A DNA stretch of 64,000 nucleotides from Gammaproteobacteria bacterium (GTDB lineage: Bacteria > Pseudomonadota > Gammaproteobacteria > CBDBNL01 > JAAOII01), in assembly GCA_965209035.1 (NCBI GenBank), contig OZ242372.1:1280001-1344000 (forward strand), read 5' to 3'. Positions 58,130 to 64,000 of this stretch are shown piece after piece. Below the pieces are notes generated by a model. That model did not search any database. It had not been told where the DNA came from and worked only from the letters and a program-made list of their open reading frames with translations. How positions within the stretch are numbered: the first letter of the stretch is position 1; each line of letters starts with the position of its first letter. The position numbers were made by a program, and so were the translations under genes.

Positions 58130-59383
58130 GTGACGAGTGACAAGATGCGTTTAAGCGACCCAAATAGCAAGGTAACGGTTCTCCTCGGCTTGCAGTGGGG
58201 AGACGAAGGCAAGGGCAAACTGGCGGACGCGCTTTGTGAGGATACGGATTTTGCGGTCCGCTATCAAGGGGGGCATAATGCCGGGCATACGGTCTTTCAT
58301 GCGGGCAAGGTGCGCAAGTTGCATCTTCTTCCTTGCGGCAGTCTGCGTCGGTCGGTGCATTGTGTGATTGCCGAGGGTGTCGTTCTGTCTTTGGATGCTC
58401 TGCTCGCCGAAGTTGCCATGATTTCGGACATCGGCCCGTTGGACGGGAGACTCTCTGTCGGCGCCGACTGTCCGCTGTTGCTGCCGAGCCATCGGGCCCT
58501 GGACGAGGCAGCCGAAAAAAAGAATTCCCTTATCGGAACGACCAGACGCGGCATAGGTCCGGCCTACGAGGATTTTTACGCCCGGCGCGGTCTGCTGTTG
58601 CGAGATGCTTTTGCCGCAGATTTTTACGCCCGCATCACCGAACTAATGAATTATCATAATTTCCTTCTCAAAAACTACTACGGCGCGCCGGAGGTGCCCG
58701 TGCAAAAGACAGCCGCCCTTGTGGTAAGTCAGGCGGAAGAGATCAGCGCGTTTGTTACGGACACCGCCGCGTTGCTGCGCACCGCCAAGGATGCGGGCAA
58801 AAGGATCTTTCTGGAAGGCGCGCAGGGTTGCGGCCTGGATCCTTGTCACGGCACCTATCCGTTTGTTACTGCTTCGTATCCGTCTGTCGGCGGCGCATTG
58901 ATCGGCAGCGGTCTTTCTCACAAAGACATTGATCGGGTGCTGGGCGTCATCAAAGTCTATGCGACTCGGGTCGGCGCGGGTCCTTTCCTGACGGAACAAA
59001 AAAATACGAACGGCGAATCCTTGCAAGCACGGGGCAAAGAATTCGGCACTACCACGGGGCGGAAACGGCGCTGCGGCTGGCTTGATCTGGTCGATGTTCG
59101 CAGAACCGCGCAAATCAACGGCACAGACGCCCTGCTTGTTACCAAGGCGGATGTTTTCGATGATCTTGAACGGATTCGGGTATGTACCGAATATGCCCCG
59201 AACGGCGAGCCGATTTACCGGGACCTGCCGGGCTGGCGGGAGAATATCAGTGACAAACGCACTTATGATCAACTGCCCGCCCGTCTGCACGATTTCATTT
59301 CCCTAATAAAACAGAAGGCGGGGGTCCCCGTCTTGGGTCTTTCCGTCGGTCCCCGCCGGGAACAATTAATTCCTTGTCAATAA
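58130..59383 (+). CDS. purA: Adenylosuccinate synthetase
   Basis: QWGDEGKGK, GGHNAGHT, EFGTTTGRKRRCGWLD. Confidence 0.96.
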   Translation: MTSDKMRLSDPNSKVTVLLGLQWGDEGKGKLADALCEDTDFAVRYQGGHNAGHTVFHAGKVRKLHLLPCGSLRRSVHCVIAEGVVLSLDALLAEVAMISDIGPLDGRLSVGADCPLLLPSHRALDEAAEKKNSLIGTTRRGIGPAYEDFYARRGLLLRDAFAADFYARITELMNYHNFLLKNYYGAPEVPVQKTAALVVSQAEEISAFVTDTAALLRTAKDAGKRIFLEGAQGCGLDPCHGTYPFVTASYPSVGGALIGSGLSHKDIDRVLGVIKVYATRVGAGPFLTEQKNTNGESLQARGKEFGTTTGRKRRCGWLDLVDVRRTAQINGTDALLVTKADVFDDLERIRVCTEYAPNGEPIYRDLPGWRENISDKRTYDQLPARLHDFISLIKQKAGVPVLGLSVGPRREQLIPCQ

Positions 59384-59387
59384 CAAC

Positions 59388-60512
59388 ATGACAACCGATA
59401 CCCCGACATGGGGTGAATTGACAGAGCAAGCGGCGGACTTTCGCCGCCGGACGGACGACTTGAAACGCATCGCCGATTACGCAACAGTGAAGCGGGAACT
59501 GGCCGAGGTGCGCGAGCAACTGAAAGCGAGCAATCTCTGGGATGATCCGGACAAAGCGCGCGAACTCGGTAAGCGGGAATCCCGTCTGGCGGTAACCTTG
59601 GGTGAGTTGGATGCGATTAGCGAACAGGTGGCGGATCTGTTGGGTCTCATAGAACTCGGACGCGACGAGAAGGATGAAAGCATGCAAACGGAATTGGCGG
59701 CCGATATGGGGAAACTCTTGAAAAAATTGGAAAAAACGGAGTTTCGCTCGGTGTTTTCCGGCGAACACGATGCCGGCAATGCGTTTTTGGAAATTCAAGC
59801 CGGCTCGGGCGGGACCGAAGCACAGGACTGGGCGGAAATGCTGCTGCGCATGTATCTGCGTTGGTGCGAAAGACGCGGTTTTGTCACGGAGATGTTGGAG
59901 TATTCGCCGGGCGAAGTGGCGGGCATCAAAGGTGCCAGTGTTCTTTGTCGCGGCGACCATGCATACGGCTGGCTGCGCACCGAAAGCGGTATCCATCGCC
60001 TTGTTCGCAAGTCGCCCTTTGACTCCGGCAATCGGCGGCATACTTCGTTCGCTTCGGTTTTTGTTACGCCGGAAATTGACGATAATATTGAAATTCACAT
60101 CAACCCCAAAGACCTGCGGGTGGATACCTATCGGGCGAGCGGTGCCGGCGGCCAACATGTCAACAAAACCGACTCGGCGGTGCGCATCACCCATATCCCC
60201 AGCGGACTTGTGGCACAGTGTCAAAGCCAGCGTTCGCAGCATCAAAACCGGGAGAACGCCATGCGTCAGCTGCGCGCCAAGCTGTGGCATATTGAGGTGG
60301 AAAAGTTATCCGGCGCCAAGCGCGAGTTGGAAGCCGCCAAGGATGACATTTCCTGGGGTTACCAGATCCGCTCTTATGTGTTGGATGCGTCGCGCATCAA
60401 GGACCTGCGCACCGGTATCGAAGTCAGTGACTGCAATCGGGTGCTGGACGGCGACCTGGATGTCTTCATAGAAGCCGGGTTGCGTCATGCCGGCGAGCAA
60501 CGGCACGCTTAA
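59388..60512 (+). CDS. prfB: Peptide chain release factor 2 (single uninterrupted ORF)
   Basis: SPF tripeptide (LVRKSPFD), GAGGQHVN, WGYQIRSYV. Confidence 0.96.
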   Translation: MTTDTPTWGELTEQAADFRRRTDDLKRIADYATVKRELAEVREQLKASNLWDDPDKARELGKRESRLAVTLGELDAISEQVADLLGLIELGRDEKDESMQTELAADMGKLLKKLEKTEFRSVFSGEHDAGNAFLEIQAGSGGTEAQDWAEMLLRMYLRWCERRGFVTEMLEYSPGEVAGIKGASVLCRGDHAYGWLRTESGIHRLVRKSPFDSGNRRHTSFASVFVTPEIDDNIEIHINPKDLRVDTYRASGAGGQHVNKTDSAVRITHIPSGLVAQCQSQRSQHQNRENAMRQLRAKLWHIEVEKLSGAKRELEAAKDDISWGYQIRSYVLDASRIKDLRTGIEVSDCNRVLDGDLDVFIEAGLRHAGEQRHA

Positions 60513-60972
60513 GATAGATCTTTGGCGGTGACGATGATGGGCGCAGGCGAAGGAAAGGTCAGTGACTGCAATCGGGTGCTGGACGGCGACCCGGATGTCT
60601 TCATAGAAGCCGGGCTGCATCATGGACTGCGTCATGCCGGCGAGCAACGGCACGCTTAAGATAGATCTTTGGCGGTGACGATGATGGGCGCAGGCGAAGG
60701 AAAAGTCAGTGACTGCAATCGGGTGCTGGACGGCGACCCGGATGTCTTCATAGAAGCCGGGCTGCATCATGGACTGCGTCATGCCGGCGAGCAACGGCAC
60801 GCTTAAGATAGATCTTTGGCGGTGACGATGATGGGCGCAGGCGAAGGAAAAGTCAGTGACTGCAATCGGGTGTTGGACGGCGACCCGGATGTCTTCATAG
60901 AAGCCGGGCTGCATCATGGATTGCGTCATGCCGGCGAGCAACGGCACGCTTAAGATAGATCTTTGGCGGTGA
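60423..60972 (+). repeat. Four tandem copies (periods 135, 147, 147 bp) of the prfB 3' end plus downstream DNA
   Basis: gtcagtgactgcaatcgggtg starts at 60423, 60558, 60705 and 60852. Confidence 0.95.
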
Positions 60973-61005
60973 GCGACGGCAATCTGTCCTAAGTAAATTC
61001 TCACG

Positions 61006-62082
61006 ATGCCATTGAAAGAAACGGAATCGGGTATTGCCCTCGGCGAAATCGCCCGACTACTGGGTGCCGAACAGGTACACGGTCACCCGGAACTGCGGAT
61101 CACGGGTCTGACCGAATTGGGCATGCGCGCACCCGACAAGATGACATTTTTTACATCGGCCGCGTATGCCGGCAAGTTGGCACAGACCGACTGCGCCGCG
61201 CTGCTAACCGCCGATGAGTTGTTGGAGCGGACAAAACAGGAACTGCCCAAGTCGGTTGCCGTTCTGGTTTGTCGCAAACATTCTCTTGCGGATTCTGTGC
61301 AACTGCTGTTCGAGATGTTCGCTCCCGCGGAACATTCTCCGGACGGCGAGAAGGATCTCTCGGCACATGCGATCATCGGCGAGGGAACGGAATACGGCGA
61401 AGGGACGGTGATTGGCAGGGCGGTAATCGGCAAGAACTGCAGTTTGGGAAAAAACTGTCGCATTGCCTCCGGCGTTCACATTGCCGACGATGTTGTGATG
61501 GGCGATGACTGTGTCATTTGGCCCAATGTCACCGTGTATGCGCGAACCCGAATAGGTAACAGAGTGGCGGTGCATGCCGGCAGTGTTCTCGGCAGTGATG
61601 GATTTGGCTACACGGATGCGGCGGCCGGCAAAGAGCGAATCAAAAAACCGCATCTCGGCCGCCTGGTCATAGAAGACGATGTGGAAATCGGCGCCAACTG
61701 TTGCCTGGACCGGGCACTTTTGAGTGAGACCCGAATAGGCGAAAAAACCAAGATAGACAACCTGGTGCATATCGCTCACAATATCACGATTGGCAAGCGT
61801 GTGATCATTTGCGCTCAGGTCGGGTTCGGCGGTTCCACACACATAGGCGACGACACGGTGATCGGCGGTCATGCCTGTTTTGCCGATCATATCCGGGTGG
61901 GCAAACGCAATTTTATTTACGGCGCCAGTGTGGTCATCGGCGATACCAAGGATGACGAGCACCTGTTCGGCTACCCGGCCCAAAACAAACGCAAATTCTT
62001 GCAAGAAACGGCAATGATGCGCCGCCTGCCGGATTTCATGCGCCGTCTCTTGCGTTTGGAAGCGGGCAATTCAAAGAAATAG
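61006..62082 (+). CDS. lpxD: UDP-3-O-acyl-glucosamine N-acyltransferase
   Basis: Hexapeptide repeats, [27 protein letters not shown]. Confidence 0.93.
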   Translation: MPLKETESGIALGEIARLLGAEQVHGHPELRITGLTELGMRAPDKMTFFTSAAYAGKLAQTDCAALLTADELLERTKQELPKSVAVLVCRKHSLADSVQLLFEMFAPAEHSPDGEKDLSAHAIIGEGTEYGEGTVIGRAVIGKNCSLGKNCRIASGVHIADDVVMGDDCVIWPNVTVYARTRIGNRVAVHAGSVLGSDGFGYTDAAAGKERIKKPHLGRLVIEDDVEIGANCCLDRALLSETRIGEKTKIDNLVHIAHNITIGKRVIICAQVGFGGSTHIGDDTVIGGHACFADHIRVGKRNFIYGASVVIGDTKDDEHLFGYPAQNKRKFLQETAMMRRLPDFMRRLLRLEAGNSKK

Positions 62083-62424
62083 CCTCTTCACCGGCAACCG
62101 TCGGAGATGACGCGGCAGCCGGATTTTTATAACAGACTGGCGGAAGAGACGTACGGGAAATGCTTAGGGGCTTCTTAAAAGTAAAAGTAGCCAAAATTGG
62201 TTCCTGCCAAAACCGGGTGAGATCATACGGATCATACGAAAAAAAGTAACTTAGGCATAAAATATAACAACACGACAACGCAACAATGCACCGATTATGA
62301 ATCATACTCTTCTTAATGTTCCAAAGCGGACAATTTTTTGCCACGATAACTTGAATATCTTACGCGGTATTAACAATGCATGTATAGATTTGATTTACCT
62401 GGACCCTCCTTTCAATAAAAACAA

Positions 62425-63159
62425 GGGGCTAGACTAATTGAGAGGTAAAATATGAGCATAAATGCCAGTAAATACAAGGAAAAATCGGTATGTTTTTCGT
62501 TCCAGAATCTCGGAGCGGAAATTTCGGCAGTTGATCAAGCTATTTGCCCTGGATCTGGATGCAAATAAGATAGCAATACTGACTGGATTGAATCGTAATA
62601 CGGTGAACAAATATTTGATGATGCTTCGGCAACGGTTGGCGGGGGCGTGTTGTTACCAAAAAAATCTTGCGGTGAATTTGAAGTGGATGAGAGTTATTTT
62701 GGACCAAGGCGTATTCCCGGTCCTCGTGGTCGCGGTGCCGGCAACAAGACCATTGTCGTTGGTGTGCTCAAACGCGGTGGCAAAGTGTCTACGGAGATTG
62801 TGCCGGACTGCTCAAAAAGCCAGTTATTACGCGTGATTCGTGGTCGTGTCGGTGAGGATAGTATCATCCACACGGATAGCTGGCCAGGTTATAATGGATT
62901 GATTGATATGGGTTATAAGAAACATTATCGGGTTCGTCATGGAGACCATGAGTTTGCTGTGGGAACGAATCACATCAATGGGATAGAAAGTTTTTGGAGT
63001 TATACCAAGGCGCGTCTGGCACGTTTGCATGGCTTACGTGCCGAATATTTTTTGTTGCACTTGAAAGAATGTGAGTTCCGTTTCAATCACCGGAACAAAA
63101 ACTTCTATCAAGTCATGCTAAAATTGTTAAGAAAAAGACCCCTCAGTTAGTCTAGCCCC
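62425..63159 (+). mobile_element. IS1595-family (IS1016-like) insertion sequence, 735 bp
   Basis: 22-bp terminal inverted repeats (20/22 match, GGGGCTAGACTAA..), 7-bp target duplication AAAACAA, transposase motifs EVDESYFG, RGRGA, HTD, HINGIESFWS. Confidence 0.93.
62462..63150 (+). CDS. IS1595 transposase split across two frames
   Basis: ORF 62462 (HTH part) and ORF 62647-63150 (catalytic part) overlap in -1 frame around an A7 run at 62658-62664. Confidence 0.8.
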
Positions 63160-64000
63160 AAAACAAAATATTTACCGCACCCCGTGACAGTTCAGCGGAA
63201 GGGGCCGAGTTTAGTGATATTTTTCGCGAGGAGGATGTTAAAGATGAATGGGTAAACTCTATTATGCAAGACAACCCGCAGCTCTATGCGTTGCTTAACG
63301 GGGTGAAGTCATTCGGCAACCATTACAACTACTGCTACTGTGCGTATATGGCTATTCGTTTAATTGAGATGCATCGTATTCTTAAGTCCTCGGGTAACAT
63401 TTACCTGCACTGCGATCAGACAATGAGTCACTATCTCAAACTCATCATGGATTGTATATTCGGTGAGAGTAAATTCAGGAACGAAGTGATATGGTGTTAT
63501 CACGCGGGCGGGGCAACTAAAAAACATTTCCCGAGGAAACACGATTCTCTGTTGCTTTATGGAAAAGGAAATGATGCGACACACAACATCCTGCGAGTTC
63601 CTTATCGAGATTTTTATGCTTTATCAGACTCAACAGGCCGTTACAATCCGGCGGGAAAAATGATGTCTGACTGGTGGGAAATATCACAGATTTCGTCTGT
63701 CGCCAAAGAGCGAACAGGCTACCCAACCCAGAAACCGCTGGCACTATTGGAGCGCATCGTCCAAGTGAGCAGTAATAAAGGGGATTTGATATTGGATCCC
63801 TTCTGCGGTTGTGCAACAACTTGTATTGCGGCGGAAAAATTGGAGCGCAGTTGGATCGGCATAGATGTATCGCAGAAGGCTTATGAGTTGGTAAAAGAAA
63901 GGCTGGCGAAAGAAGTACCGGAAGATTTTTTTAGAGGCGAACCGCACTTCACAACAACGCCCCCCAAACGCAGTTACAAAGATGACGACGCGGATGGTAA

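Larger units (their letters stand above)
62297..64000 (+). pseudogene. Beta-class adenine DNA methyltransferase interrupted by an IS (continues beyond window)
   Basis: 5' part MNHTLL...DLIYLDPPFN; after the IS, KIFTAP...YLHCD...YPTQKPLALLER...LDPFCG. Removing the IS plus one 7-bp duplication restores the frame. Confidence 0.9.

Noticed and set aside
60423-60972. prfB-downstream and gatC-downstream repeats as CRISPR arrays; minus ORF 60306-61004 as a gene
   Set aside because: Whole units repeat with no unique spacers; the minus ORF is a by-product of the 147-bp period.

Overview
Bacterial chromosomal window, most consistent with a marine gammaproteobacterium, plausibly a host-associated symbiont (inferred from Na+-NQR, gatCAB, hisZ-purA and many TSP3/GLUG surface lipoproteins). 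Core blocks: ilvIH-gatCAB-coaD/ispF; nqrAB-atl-ctaA-ctaB-tRNA-Asn; tctC-tctA(B)-PrpF-tcuA-AKR-ilvA-ygfA; hupB-ppiD-proC-yggT-hisZ-purA-prfB-lpxD. Accessory blocks between them: a type III-like restriction helicase, two pentapeptide-repeat paralogs, six mosaic GLUG-domain lipoproteins, decaying R-M modules and an IS1595-family element inside a methyltransferase. Four signals stand out. (i) Gene ends are repeatedly tandem-duplicated; behind gatC this forms an unbroken chain of overlapping start/stop mini-ORFs leading into gatA, and behind prfB (which has lost its programmed frameshift) it forms in-frame copies of the RF2 tail. (ii) A dispersed intergenic repeat family sits at accessory-gene boundaries, often ahead of TATAAT boxes. 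(iii) The lipoprotein family has conserved caps and variable cores, signs of patch exchange and a poly-G tract. (iv) The pentapeptide repeats carry a hypervariable di-residue. All calls were made by eye; no searches were run.
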